A stretch of DNA of 64,000 bases from the NCBI RefSeq assembly GCF_056746865.1, contig NZ_CM163382.1; one strand, given 5' to 3'. Below are positions 19,336 through 28,735 of this stretch, in pieces; within the stretch, counting starts at the first letter, position 1; each line of letters begins with the position of its first letter. Made by a program: the position numbers and the translations under genes. The notes beneath the pieces are model-generated. The model saw only the letters and a program-made list of their open reading frames with translations, was not told the DNA's origin and did not search any database.

Positions 19336-20313
19336 ATGCAGGTCGGACTTACATCTTCGTCACTCGCCACCGGCGGCGCGCATAGCGCTGCGGTATCGTC
19401 GTCAACCGTTGCGCCCACTCAGGCGGTGCGGCAAAAACTCCCGGCGACGGCGAGTGAATATCCGGCCTCGCCGCTGATTACCACTCGCCCGCAGCGTTAC
19501 AGCGTGCAGCTTAACGACCAGCTCACCACGTTGCAGCAGGCGGATCACTATCTCGGGCAACTGGAGCAGCAGTTGCTCGATTATCGTCACAGCCAGCGCA
19601 AAGGCGGGCAGGCGCAGAGTTCGGCGCTGATGCAGATGCTGGACAAACGCACCGCGCTTTCCGGCGGTGCGGTGGACCGCCAGTTGCAGCCAGTGTTGCA
19701 GGGGGAAGCGCGGGTGACTTTTCACTCGCCGGATCTGGCGAATCTGGTACACAATCCCACGCCGGGAACGCGCATGTTCAGCGTCTCTGACGGGCGGCAG
19801 ACTCAGCTTTCGGCGGTGATGCTGTCTGAGGATGACAGCGCTGGGCAGTACCAGACGCGGCTGACCAACGCCCTGCGCCGCGTGGGCGTGCAGATGCATC
19901 AAAACGCCGATGGTATAAGTTTCTCCACCACTGAAAAACAGTGGCCCAACATTGAAAGCACCCTAAGCGTGCGCACCGATGGTGATAAATCAGCGTTTAT
20001 GCCACTAAAAACCTTTGCCGAACCGTCGCAGGCGGACCGCTTAGTGCAAAGCCTGCAACAGGGCGGAGCGGGGATTTCTCAGACGTTAGAAAGCATTAAT
20101 CAGCAGCGTGTGCAGATGGCGGTACAGCAGGAAAAGGCGCGGCAGTTGATCGACGGCATGTCGCGCTTCCCGCAAACGGAAAGCGCCGTGCAGGCGTCGG
20201 AAAATCTCGGCGGCGTGCTGGATAGCGCCAATCATAACTATCAGGTTTTATTGCAGGCGGTGAACGGTCAGGCGCGAATTTCCAGCCAGACGGTGAGGAG
20301 TTTATTGGGTTAG
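19336..20313 (+). CDS. lafW: Flag-2-specific protein of unknown function (position of lafW)
   Basis: 325 aa with a Ser/Ala/Thr-rich N-terminus, located between flgL and the regulator/flagellin genes. Function is not evident from sequence. Confidence 0.5.
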   Translation: MQVGLTSSSLATGGAHSAAVSSSTVAPTQAVRQKLPATASEYPASPLITTRPQRYSVQLNDQLTTLQQADHYLGQLEQQLLDYRHSQRKGGQAQSSALMQMLDKRTALSGGAVDRQLQPVLQGEARVTFHSPDLANLVHNPTPGTRMFSVSDGRQTQLSAVMLSEDDSAGQYQTRLTNALRRVGVQMHQNADGISFSTTEKQWPNIESTLSVRTDGDKSAFMPLKTFAEPSQADRLVQSLQQGGAGISQTLESINQQRVQMAVQQEKARQLIDGMSRFPQTESAVQASENLGGVLDSANHNYQVLLQAVNGQARISSQTVRSLLG

Positions 20314-20334
20314 GGTTATTGTCATTGTTGCTTT

Positions 20335-20378
20335 TATAGCTATTAAGCTATAGTTTATCTATAGCATAAAAGCTATGA
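20335..20378. promoter_or_regulatory. Two inverted repeats (TATAGC...GCTATA) upstream of the toxin gene; candidate toxin-antitoxin operator
   Basis: TATAGCTATTAAGCTATA and CTATAGCATAAAAGCTATG lie immediately upstream of a GAGGGA ribosome-binding site and the ATG at 20386. Confidence 0.5.
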
Positions 20379-20385
20379 GGGACCG

Positions 20386-20730
20386 ATGATGTGGGACGTC
20401 GAGACAACGGAGACTTTCGACAACTGGTTTGATGCCCAGACTGTTGCGCTGAAAGAAGATTTACTTGCTGCAATGCTGATTCTTGCTGAGTATGGCCCAC
20501 AGTTGGGCAGACCCTTTGCGGATACGGTTAATGATTCACAGTTTTCAAATATGAAAGAATTACGCGTCCAACATCAGGGAAACCCGGTACGTGCTTTTTT
20601 TGCTTTCGATCCTGCGCGCCGTGGCATTGTATTATGTGCGGGTGATAAAACGGGGTTAAATGAGAAAAAGTTTTATCGCGATATGATCAAGCTCGCTGAT
20701 TCTGAATACCGTAAGCATCTGAAAAAGTAA
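20386..20730 (+). CDS. Type II toxin, RelE/ParE superfamily (HigB-like 'addiction module killer' family)
   Basis: 114 aa with a C-terminal GIVLCAGDK...KKFYRDMIKLAD region reminiscent of HigB-like killer proteins. It lies 9 nt upstream of a small HTH gene, and the toxin-first order is typical of higBA. Confidence 0.7.
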   Translation: MMWDVETTETFDNWFDAQTVALKEDLLAAMLILAEYGPQLGRPFADTVNDSQFSNMKELRVQHQGNPVRAFFAFDPARRGIVLCAGDKTGLNEKKFYRDMIKLADSEYRKHLKK

Positions 20731-20739
20731 GGAACGATA

Positions 20740-21039
20740 ATGGCTACTCTAAAAGAACTGATGGCAAAGCAAAGCCCTGAAAGCCAGGTGCGTATTGCGG
20801 CAAAAGTTGAGGAAATGCGCCAGACCATCGCCTTGCATCAGCTGAGAGAAGAACTCAATATTTCGCAAACGGAAATGGCGGCAGCGATGGGCATTAAGCA
20901 ACCGACTCTTGCAAAAATGGAGCAGGCAGATAACGATCCTCGGTTGTCTACGCTAAAACGCTATGTTGCGGCTTTAGGTGGGGAATTGAGTATCGACGTT
21001 AAACTGCCGAATGGTAAGAGAATTGCATTTCAGATTTAA
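20740..21039 (+). CDS. Type II antitoxin, XRE/HigA-family helix-turn-helix protein
   Basis: 99 aa with an HTH motif (ISQTEMAAAMGIKQPTLAKME), tightly coupled to the upstream toxin gene. Confidence 0.75.
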   Translation: MATLKELMAKQSPESQVRIAAKVEEMRQTIALHQLREELNISQTEMAAAMGIKQPTLAKMEQADNDPRLSTLKRYVAALGGELSIDVKLPNGKRIAFQI

Positions 21040-21096
21040 TTTTGGGGTGCATTTTATGAACCGGATTAGATAAAACGGTATCTAATCCGGTAAACA

Positions 21097-21990
21097 TCAG
21101 CATTTCTGCACAGTATTTAACAACTTCTCTAAATTCTGATACATCGCGCTATTAATATCGCTATTCTGCCAGCTATCCACATTAAAAGTTAATTGCCAGC
21201 TACCGTTGCACTGGTTGCGCAGAACAATATCACTCTCCAGTCGGTTACGAACATATTTATAATAGGTTGTCATTGTCATATTATGCGCTGACAATAAATT
21301 ATCGAGTTTGTCTTTTCCTGGTGCGAGGGTTTGTGACAGTAACGGTACGGAATTATTTTCCTTTCCAGAACTAAGATGAAATATTTTTATTCTTGGACTG
21401 TTAATTGACTCTTTTACCAGTTGCGGGGCGTCAGGTGTACTTTTCAAGTGTGAATACCCCACGGTTGAGCCAACCAATATAACAGCTGCGGCCAACGCTA
21501 ACCCCATCAGTCCTTTATGTTTTTTTCTAACAGGCACATACGGTGTTGTCGAAGATATCTCTTCTGGGGCTGTATCCTGTATCTGGTCGGTAATAATCAG
21601 CGCTTCTGCAGGCGATGACTCCGGCAAAGACACATACTCTTTATTGCATAAGTAACCTTTCTTCGGAATTGTTTTAATAATGTTCTGTTGTTTGCCATCA
21701 TCGTCGATAGCAACGCGCAACGCATGGATCGCCGTCGGCAGGCTGTTTCCGCCGACAATACGGTTCTTCCATACTTCGGCACATAAATAAGATCGCGATA
21801 AAACCACATCGGCATTTTTTGCTAATGTTTCCAGCAAAATAAAATGGTATTCGCCGAGACGACGTGTTTCACCCGTTTCGCAATGTATTAAGGCATTAAG
21901 CGACGGGTCCATCCGCCAGTTGTTGATAATAATACTCATAGTTGAGTTTACCTTAGCAAGGGATAAATGTTTCCTGATAGTGCTTTGCAT
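21097..21990 (-). CDS. lafZ: Membrane-anchored ToxR/CadC-like transcriptional regulator (position of lafZ)
   Basis: 297 aa with an N-terminal winged-helix OmpR/CadC-type DNA-binding region, a single TM helix (GLMGLALAAAVILVGSTVGY) and a periplasmic C-terminal domain. The gene is AT-rich relative to its flanks. Confidence 0.6.
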   Translation of the reverse strand: MQSTIRKHLSLAKVNSTMSIIINNWRMDPSLNALIHCETGETRRLGEYHFILLETLAKNADVVLSRSYLCAEVWKNRIVGGNSLPTAIHALRVAIDDDGKQQNIIKTIPKKGYLCNKEYVSLPESSPAEALIITDQIQDTAPEEISSTTPYVPVRKKHKGLMGLALAAAVILVGSTVGYSHLKSTPDAPQLVKESINSPRIKIFHLSSGKENNSVPLLSQTLAPGKDKLDNLLSAHNMTMTTYYKYVRNRLESDIVLRNQCNGSWQLTFNVDSWQNSDINSAMYQNLEKLLNTVQKC

Positions 21991-22424
21991 AAAGCACAGT
22001 CTTATACGTCCCTGAGAAGATGATTTTTCTGCGTGATAATTAATATTTTATGGTGATAAGATTATTCTTAATCACTATATAGCGTGGAAATGTAACGAAA
22101 TGACAGGACAGGTACAATAGCCAAATGTGTACTATTTGCAACGCAATGTAAATTTTGGCATCAGTACATTGAGAACAAAACGCGATAATTGATGACAATC
22201 TTAACTATATCAAGCGTTTGATAAAGACATATTTTGATACCTGGCCATGTGGCAGATATTGCTAATAATCTTTTTATCTGAATTTAAACTCTGCTTTTTT
22301 TAGCTAAAAGTGGCATCGGATAATACGTGGCGAAAAAATTTTAACGGCGATTTTAAGTTTGCTCCTGAGGTGTCGTTTTTACAGGGTATCGAAACGAAAA
22401 CGATTAATCCCAAGGAGCAGTATC

Positions 22425-23339
22425 ATGTTATCTATTAACACCAATAACGCCTCAATGGCCGCCGTTAATGCAATCAGCAAAAGCAGCTCTTCTCTGTCTA
22501 CATCTATGGAACGCCTGGCGACAGGTAACCGGATTAACTCTTCTGCCGATGACGCCGCAGGCAAACAAATTGCTAACCGTCTGACAGCACAGTCCAGCGG
22601 TATGGGTGTTGCGCTGAGCAACATCAATGATGCCACCGCGATGCTGCAAACCGCTGACAGCATGTTCGACGAAATGTCTGACGTGCTGGGTCGTATGAAA
22701 GACCTGTCAACTCAGGCAGCGAACGGCACCTACAGCGACGACGACCTGCAGGCGATGCAGGACGAATACGACGAACTGGGCCAGCAGATGTCTGACATGC
22801 TGCAAAACACCACTTACGGCGGCACCAACCTGTTCGGTGTTTCCGGTACCAGCAACACCGGTACTGACGGTCTGTTCCAGAGCGCGGTAACTTTCCAGGT
22901 GGGCGCGGAATCTTCCGACACCATGACCGTGAATATTTCAAGCCAGCTGAATACCCTGGTGACGGATCTTTCTGCAATCAGCAACTCCTTTAGTGCGGAT
23001 CAGGCTGACACCACTGGCACCGCAGGCGTTTCTGGCGGTACTGAGCTGACTGCGTCTGGCTCGGCTAACCAGATGATCACCAGCATCTCTACCGCGATGG
23101 ATGACGTGTCTCAGATCCAGTCCAAGCTGGGTGCCTCTATCAACCGTCTGAACGACACTGCCAACAACCTGACCAGTATGCAAGACAACACCGAAGTCGC
23201 TATCGGTAACATCATGGATACCGACTACGCGACGGAAGCGTCCAATATGACCAAACAGCAAGTGCTGATGCAGACTGGCATCACCATGCTGAAACAGTCC
23301 AACAGCATGTCCAGCATGGTTTCCAGCCTGCTGCAGTAA
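22425..23339 (+). CDS. lafA: Lateral flagellin
   Basis: The ATG at 22425 follows an AAGGAG ribosome-binding site. It has the flagellin N-terminus (MLSINTNNASMAAVNA...RLATGNRINSSADDAAG) and C-terminus (MTKQQVLMQTGITMLKQSNSM), about 304 aa. Confidence 0.9.
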   Translation: MLSINTNNASMAAVNAISKSSSSLSTSMERLATGNRINSSADDAAGKQIANRLTAQSSGMGVALSNINDATAMLQTADSMFDEMSDVLGRMKDLSTQAANGTYSDDDLQAMQDEYDELGQQMSDMLQNTTYGGTNLFGVSGTSNTGTDGLFQSAVTFQVGAESSDTMTVNISSQLNTLVTDLSAISNSFSADQADTTGTAGVSGGTELTASGSANQMITSISTAMDDVSQIQSKLGASINRLNDTANNLTSMQDNTEVAIGNIMDTDYATEASNMTKQQVLMQTGITMLKQSNSMSSMVSSLLQ

Positions 23340-23344
23340 TGGCG

Positions 23345-23380
23345 GACTTGCCGATGCGGCGTAAACGCCTTATCCGGCCA
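23345..23380. repeat. REP unit downstream of lafA
   Basis: GCCGATGCGGCGTAAACGCCTTATCCGGCC. Confidence 0.7.
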
Positions 23381-23385
23381 CGAAC

Positions 23386-23414
23386 AACACCGCCTGCGGG
23401 CGGTGTTGTGCTTT
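23386..23414 (+). terminator. Rho-independent terminator candidate after lafA
   Basis: Hairpin AACACCGCCTGCGGGCGGTGTT followed by a T-rich run (GTGCTTT). Confidence 0.6.
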
Positions 23415-23496
23415 CAGCGGCAGGCTTTTTTCCGCCAGAACGGAAACGTCATTTCCGCCTGTTTTTCAATCTATTGATTATTCACATAAAAAATAT

Positions 23497-23511
23497 TGGC
23501 ACGCCTTTTGC
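23497..23511 (+). promoter_or_regulatory. Candidate sigma-54 (-24/-12) promoter for lafB through lafU
   Basis: TGGCAC-gcctt-TTGC with canonical spacing, about 33 nt upstream of the lafB ATG. Confidence 0.6.
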
Positions 23512-23543
23512 CATTAACCTGACATCGTTACCCGGAGTCATCA

Positions 23544-24860
23544 ATGATTAACCCAAGAACCATTGCGCAAGAAATTGCTTATGCGGATGTCGCCACCCAG
23601 GCGGCAAATTTGCAGGAGAAGCAGACCGAGCTGGACGCTGAAAGCAGCGGCCTGGACTCGCTCAGCTCGGCGTTAAGCGATTTCCAGAGCGCCGTTGACG
23701 CGCTGAACAGCGATACCGACGGCCCGGTGACTTTTGCCGCCACCAGCAATAATGACTCGGCGACCGTTTCCGCTAACTCGCAGGCACAGGCGGGAAGCTA
23801 CTCGTTTTTCGTTGAGCAACTGGCGCAGGGGCAGCAAACCACGTTCAGTATGGGCGACGACGCCTTTTCCGCTACCGGTACTTTTGAACTGACGATGGGC
23901 GACAGCACCATGGATATCGATCTGTCGGCGGCAGATCAGAACGGTGACGGCGACGGTTTTATCGACGCCAGCGAACTGGTGAACGCGATTAACGACTCCG
24001 ATGATAATCCAGGCGTTTCAGCGGCGTTGGTGAAAACCGACGGCACCACCACCATTATGCTCACCTCCGATAGCACCGGGGCGCAGAGCGCGTTTTCGGT
24101 GAGCGTAACGGGGCATGATGCCAGCAACGATAGCACCAGCGCGCCCGTTGCCACGGTTGTTTCCTCAGCCCAGGACGCGATTATTCATCTCGGTAGCGCC
24201 ACGGGCCCGGCGATCACCAACAGCAGCAATACGTTTGATGATGTGATCCCCGGCGTCACCATGACTTTTACCGAAGTCAGCGATTCTGACAGCGACCTCA
24301 CCACTTTTAACATCAGCGAAGATTCCAGCTCCAGCCAGGAGAAAGTACAGACTTTTGTCGATGCCTATAACACCTTGATTGATACGGTTGATTCGCTAAC
24401 CACTCACGGTGATGACAGTACCAGCGCCGGGGTATTTGCAGGCGACGCCGGACTCAGTTCACTGGCGAACCAGCTCGATGACATCGCCCATGCCAGCTAC
24501 AACGGCGTGTCGATTGTTGACTATGGCATCACCCTCGATTCTCACGGCCACTTACAGATTGACTCCGACCAGTTCAACGACGAAATGGCGAAAAATCCTG
24601 ACGGTCTGACCTCTATTTTCGTTGGCGACAACAGCATGGTAGCGCAGATGGACGACCTGATTAACACCTACACGGACTCCAGCAACGGCATCATCACCCT
24701 GCGCCAGCAGAACATTGACGATCAGATGAGCAAAATTCAGGACGAAGGCGATCAGCTTACTGATACCTATAACGCCAACTACGACCGTTATCTGGAGGAG
24801 TACACCAACACGCTGGTCGAGGTGTACACCATGAAAGCCAGCATGGCGGCATTCGCGTAA
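23544..24860 (+). CDS. lafB: Flagellar filament cap protein FliD-like
   Basis: 438 aa in the fliD position after the flagellin gene, with a coiled-coil N-terminus. Confidence 0.75.
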   Translation: MINPRTIAQEIAYADVATQAANLQEKQTELDAESSGLDSLSSALSDFQSAVDALNSDTDGPVTFAATSNNDSATVSANSQAQAGSYSFFVEQLAQGQQTTFSMGDDAFSATGTFELTMGDSTMDIDLSAADQNGDGDGFIDASELVNAINDSDDNPGVSAALVKTDGTTTIMLTSDSTGAQSAFSVSVTGHDASNDSTSAPVATVVSSAQDAIIHLGSATGPAITNSSNTFDDVIPGVTMTFTEVSDSDSDLTTFNISEDSSSSQEKVQTFVDAYNTLIDTVDSLTTHGDDSTSAGVFAGDAGLSSLANQLDDIAHASYNGVSIVDYGITLDSHGHLQIDSDQFNDEMAKNPDGLTSIFVGDNSMVAQMDDLINTYTDSSNGIITLRQQNIDDQMSKIQDEGDQLTDTYNANYDRYLEEYTNTLVEVYTMKASMAAFA

Positions 24861-24882
24861 CTCAGAAGGAATATCCCTAAAG

Positions 24883-25275
24883 ATGTACCAAGTACAGGAC
24901 GGCTATTCGCAATATAAAGAGGTCGATCTCGCGGCGCGTACTGCGGCGGCCTCTCCGCTTGAACTGGTGCTGGTGCTGTTCGCCGGGCTTCTCGACGAGC
25001 TGGAACGCGCCAAAAGCCATATTGAAGGGCGGCGTTTCGAGAAGAAAGCCCAGAGCATCAATAAATGCATCGACATTCTCAATGCGCTCACCAGTTCGCT
25101 GGAGTTTGAAACCGGCGGCGAGCTGGTGGTCAACCTTTCGCGACTCTATGACCACTGTGTGTATCGCTTGTATGAGGCCAGCGGCGAACTGTCGGCAGAG
25201 AAAATCGATGAAGTGATGCTGATCTTAAGCAACCTGCGCGAAGGCTGGGAAGGGCTTTCGGGCAAGCTGGGTTAA
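24883..25275 (+). CDS. lafC: Flagellin-specific chaperone FliS-like
   Basis: 130 aa of FliS-like size and character, following fliD. Confidence 0.8.
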   Translation: MYQVQDGYSQYKEVDLAARTAAASPLELVLVLFAGLLDELERAKSHIEGRRFEKKAQSINKCIDILNALTSSLEFETGGELVVNLSRLYDHCVYRLYEASGELSAEKIDEVMLILSNLREGWEGLSGKLG

Positions 25276-25279
25276 GACG

Positions 25280-25591
25280 ATGGAAAAACAACGCAGGCAA
25301 CTTTTCGCACTGGTTGAGGCGATGAACGAAGCCCTCGACAAGCAACGCTGGCGACGGCTTCCGGCACTGCATCAGCAGTTGATGCGCCAGTTTCACGATT
25401 ACGTGGCGGCGGAAACCGACGCGGCGCAGTTGTGTGCGGTGAAGGCGCAGCTGTACGGCGCGTTTAATGCCCTGATTAAACGGCGCGAGCAGCGTGCAGA
25501 AGTGTTGAAGGCGCGTATGGAACAGCATCAGCGGCATCAGGAAGGCGTACTGGCCTACTCAATTGTTAATTTACTTTCGGAGAAGTCATGA
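25280..25591 (+). CDS. lafD: Small helical flagellar protein (FliT-like position)
   Basis: 103 aa, predicted helical, between fliS and fliK homologs. Confidence 0.5.
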   Translation: MEKQRRQLFALVEAMNEALDKQRWRRLPALHQQLMRQFHDYVAAETDAAQLCAVKAQLYGAFNALIKRREQRAEVLKARMEQHQRHQEGVLAYSIVNLLSEKS

Positions 25592-26646
25592 ATCCGGCAT
25601 TGCTTGCCACGCTCGGAACGCTTGCGGAAACGGCGTCGCTGAAAACGGACATCTTACCGCCGGTGAGCGGTGAAAACGCGCCCGCGTTTACCCTGCCGAA
25701 AATGGCGGGCGCGGCGGTGGCAGAGCGCGTTCATAGCGCTAAAACCAGTCAGCAACAGGCGACGCGCCCGCAGGAGAACGATCCGGTGGCGATGCAGGCG
25801 CTAATGGCGCTGTTACTTCCGCAACCTGCCGCGCCGCATCAGGAGACGCCGCAGCCGCGAAACGCCGCAACATCGCCAGTTATTCAGCAATTGACGAAAG
25901 CGGTGGTGCAAAACGCGCCGCAACGCTCGACACAACAGCAGGAACTCACGCCGTTGCCGCCACAGTTGCAGGAACTGATCGGTCAGTTGCCGCAGGCGAA
26001 ACCCGAACAGCAGGCCAGACTGGCGACTTACGCCAGTGAAGATTTACATGCCATTGCGCCGACGCAGCCGCGCGTCTCAACACAGCCAGCTCGCCCGAAA
26101 ACTGAACTAACCCGTGTGACCGCGCGCCCGCAGGTCGAGCGTAAAACGGAAAAAGTGACGGACAGCGAACCGGTTATTGCGCGTGCGGTGTTGCAGGTTA
26201 AGACGCCGGAACTGGTCAGCGATCATCAGGAGATTGTCGCCAAACCAGCCACGCTTTCGATGGACGAACTGGGTGAAAAACTGACGACGCTTTTGAAAGA
26301 TCAGATCCACTTTCAGCTCAACAAACAACAGCAGATCTCCACCATCCGTCTCGATCCACCGTCGCTTGGCAAGCTTGAGATCGCCGTACAACTCGACAAC
26401 GGCAAACTGATGGTGCACATCGGCGCGAATCAAAGCGAAGTTTGCCGCGCGTTACAGCAGTTTAGCGACGATCTCCGCCAGCATCTGACGGCGCAAAATT
26501 TTATGGAGGTGAACGTACAGGTTTCCTCCGAAGGGCAGTCGCAGCAACAACAGTCGGGCCATCAGCAGGAAGAGGTGAGTGCCGCCTTACAGCTTGATGA
26601 TGCGCCTCAATTTCAACAGAACGAATCCGTTTTGATCAAAGTGTAA
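25588..26646 (+). CDS. lafE: Flagellar hook-length control protein FliK-like
   Basis: 352 aa with a Pro/Gln-rich central region and a FliK-like C-terminal domain. Confidence 0.7.
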   Translation: MNPALLATLGTLAETASLKTDILPPVSGENAPAFTLPKMAGAAVAERVHSAKTSQQQATRPQENDPVAMQALMALLLPQPAAPHQETPQPRNAATSPVIQQLTKAVVQNAPQRSTQQQELTPLPPQLQELIGQLPQAKPEQQARLATYASEDLHAIAPTQPRVSTQPARPKTELTRVTARPQVERKTEKVTDSEPVIARAVLQVKTPELVSDHQEIVAKPATLSMDELGEKLTTLLKDQIHFQLNKQQQISTIRLDPPSLGKLEIAVQLDNGKLMVHIGANQSEVCRALQQFSDDLRQHLTAQNFMEVNVQVSSEGQSQQQQSGHQQEEVSAALQLDDAPQFQQNESVLIKV

Positions 26647-26653
26647 AGGCAAT

Positions 26654-27121
26654 ATGAAGAAAATCGTGGTGGCGGGCGTGGTCAGCGCCGTTCTGGCGTT
26701 GGTGGTGGGGGCCGGAGCTGGATGGGGTGTCTGGCATCATTATGCCGGAAAAGGAAAACCGACGGCCGTTGCACGGGCGGAAACGGTGGAAACCCTGGAT
26801 GAAAGCAAAAGCGTGTTTGTGACGTTGCCGGAAACCATTGTCACGCTGCATGACAACAACGGTGCGGACCATTATTTGTCGGCGGAATTAGTGATGGTGG
26901 TCGCCAGTGATAAAGAAGCGGAAAAAATAAAACATCAGGAGCCGCTGTATCAAAGTATTGCAGTTGAATGCCTGACGGAAATGAAATTTGAAGATTTGCG
27001 CGGCATGAAAATATCCGCCATCCGCAAACTGATTTCTGATGCGTTAAAGAAAGATCTTCAGCGTCGCAAAATGAGCGCACCGTATAAGGATTTGCTGGTG
27101 AAAAAAGTGGTCTTCCAGTAA
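26654..27121 (+). CDS. lafF: Flagellar basal-body-associated protein FliL-like
   Basis: 155 aa with a single N-terminal TM helix and FliL-like architecture, preceding the sigma-28 and motor genes. Confidence 0.7.
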   Translation: MKKIVVAGVVSAVLALVVGAGAGWGVWHHYAGKGKPTAVARAETVETLDESKSVFVTLPETIVTLHDNNGADHYLSAELVMVVASDKEAEKIKHQEPLYQSIAVECLTEMKFEDLRGMKISAIRKLISDALKKDLQRRKMSAPYKDLLVKKVVFQ

Positions 27122-27140
27122 TCACCAGGCGGATATAAAC

Positions 27141-27857
27141 ATGCTACAGGACGTATTCGAGTCAGAAGAATTTGCTGCCGCGCCGGTATTAACCCCGCAG
27201 CAGGAGAGCCACTACTTGCAGGCCTATCTACCGTTGGTGCGTAAAGTGGTGCGGCAACTTGCTCCGCAGTGTAATTGCATTATTGACCGTCAGGATATGG
27301 AACAAACGGCGTTAATGGGGCTGCTTAATGCCATTCGTCGCTATGGGCTGCCGGACGAAGGTTTTGCGGGCTATGCCGTGCACCGGATTCGCGGCGCGAT
27401 CCTGGATGAGCTGCGCGCTCTCGACTGGCGACCGCGCCAGCTGCGACAGAAATATCATCAGATGAAAGATCTGATTCGTGAGACGCGCAAAAAACTGGGG
27501 CACGAACCGGAGTGGTCAGAACTGGCCGTGGAAGGGATTTCGCATGAAGATTATCTCGAATATCAGCAACTGGAAGGGGCGGAAACGCTCGCCAGCCTTG
27601 ACGAACTGCTGAACGGTGAAGGGCCAGGCATTCCACTTGCTGGCAGGGAACTGGAAGATCAGTTTGTTACCCAGCAAATGCTGCAATACGCGCTTTCACA
27701 ATTAAGCGAAAAAGAGCAACTGATCCTCTCCATGTATTACCAGCATGAGATGAATCTCAAAGAGATTGCGCTGGTATTAGGGCTAACCGAAGCCCGAATT
27801 TGTCAACTGAATAAACAGATCGCGCAGAAAATTCGTGATTTTGTCTATCCGAATTAA
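27141..27857 (+). CDS. lafS: Flagellar sigma factor (FliA/sigma-28 family)
   Basis: 238 aa with a sigma-70 region-2-like segment and a C-terminal region-4 HTH (LKEIALVLGLTEARICQLNKQ). Confidence 0.85.
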   Translation: MLQDVFESEEFAAAPVLTPQQESHYLQAYLPLVRKVVRQLAPQCNCIIDRQDMEQTALMGLLNAIRRYGLPDEGFAGYAVHRIRGAILDELRALDWRPRQLRQKYHQMKDLIRETRKKLGHEPEWSELAVEGISHEDYLEYQQLEGAETLASLDELLNGEGPGIPLAGRELEDQFVTQQMLQYALSQLSEKEQLILSMYYQHEMNLKEIALVLGLTEARICQLNKQIAQKIRDFVYPN

Positions 27858-27869
27858 AGTGAAGAAATC

Positions 27870-28733
27870 ATGCAAAAAATATTAGGTTTACTGGTGGTGC
27901 TCGGCTGCGTATTTGGCGGTTATTTTGAAGCGGGCGGGCAATTAGTGGCTATCTGGCAACCGGCGGAAATGATCATTATTTTGGGGGCGGGTTTCGGGGC
28001 AATGATTATTGGTAATCCGAAACATGTGCTGAAAGAGATTGCTCATCAAATTAAAGGCGTGATCAGTAAAAAACAGCTCGGGCCGGAGTTTCAGCGCCAG
28101 CTATTAATGTGTCTGTATGAGTTGCTCGAAATGGTGCAAAACGGTGGTCTGCGCATGTTGGATCAGCATATTGAGCAGCCGGAAGAGAGCACCATTTTCC
28201 AGAAATACCCGCTGGTGTTAACCCAGAAGCGGCTGGTGACCTTTATTGCCGATAACTTTCGCCTGATGGCGATGGGCAAAATCGACGCCCACGAACTGGA
28301 AGGGATTCTCGATCAGGAGCTGGACACCGCCGAAGAGTCGCTGCTAACGCCGTCACGCTCGCTGCAACGTACCGCCGAGGCGATGCCAGGGTTTGGCATT
28401 TGCGCGGCGGTGCTGGGCATCATCATCACCATGCAGTCGATTGATGGGTCTATCGCCCTGATTGGCCTGAAAGTGGCGGCAGCGCTGGTGGGGACGTTTT
28501 TAGGCGTCTTTATCTGCTACTGCCTGATGGACCCGCTCGCCAACGCCATGGAACAACAGGCGCGGGCGGAACATTCTTTGCTGGAATGCGTGCGCACCGT
28601 GCTGGTGGCGCAGGCAGGCGGCAAACCGACGCTGCTGGCAGTGGACGCCGGGCGTAAGCTGCTGCATCTGGCGTCCAAACCGACCTTCGCCAACCTCGAC
28701 GCGTGGGTGAATGCGATGCTGGAGCAAGAATAA
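27870..28733 (+). CDS. lafT: Flagellar motor stator protein MotA-like
   Basis: 287 aa with four predicted TM helices and conserved MotA C-terminal segments. Confidence 0.9.
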   Translation: MQKILGLLVVLGCVFGGYFEAGGQLVAIWQPAEMIIILGAGFGAMIIGNPKHVLKEIAHQIKGVISKKQLGPEFQRQLLMCLYELLEMVQNGGLRMLDQHIEQPEESTIFQKYPLVLTQKRLVTFIADNFRLMAMGKIDAHELEGILDQELDTAEESLLTPSRSLQRTAEAMPGFGICAAVLGIIITMQSIDGSIALIGLKVAAALVGTFLGVFICYCLMDPLANAMEQQARAEHSLLECVRTVLVAQAGGKPTLLAVDAGRKLLHLASKPTFANLDAWVNAMLEQE

Positions 28734-28735
28734 GC

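Noticed and set aside
22200-22424. Sigma-28 promoter for lafA
   Set aside because: Several partial TAAA/GATAA matches exist, but none has the correct spacing to the consensus TAAAGTTT-N11-GCCGATAA, so it is not reported as a feature.
23339-23551. 70-aa ORF between lafA and lafB
   Set aside because: It spans the REP unit, the terminator hairpin and the sigma-54 promoter, so it is intergenic regulatory DNA.
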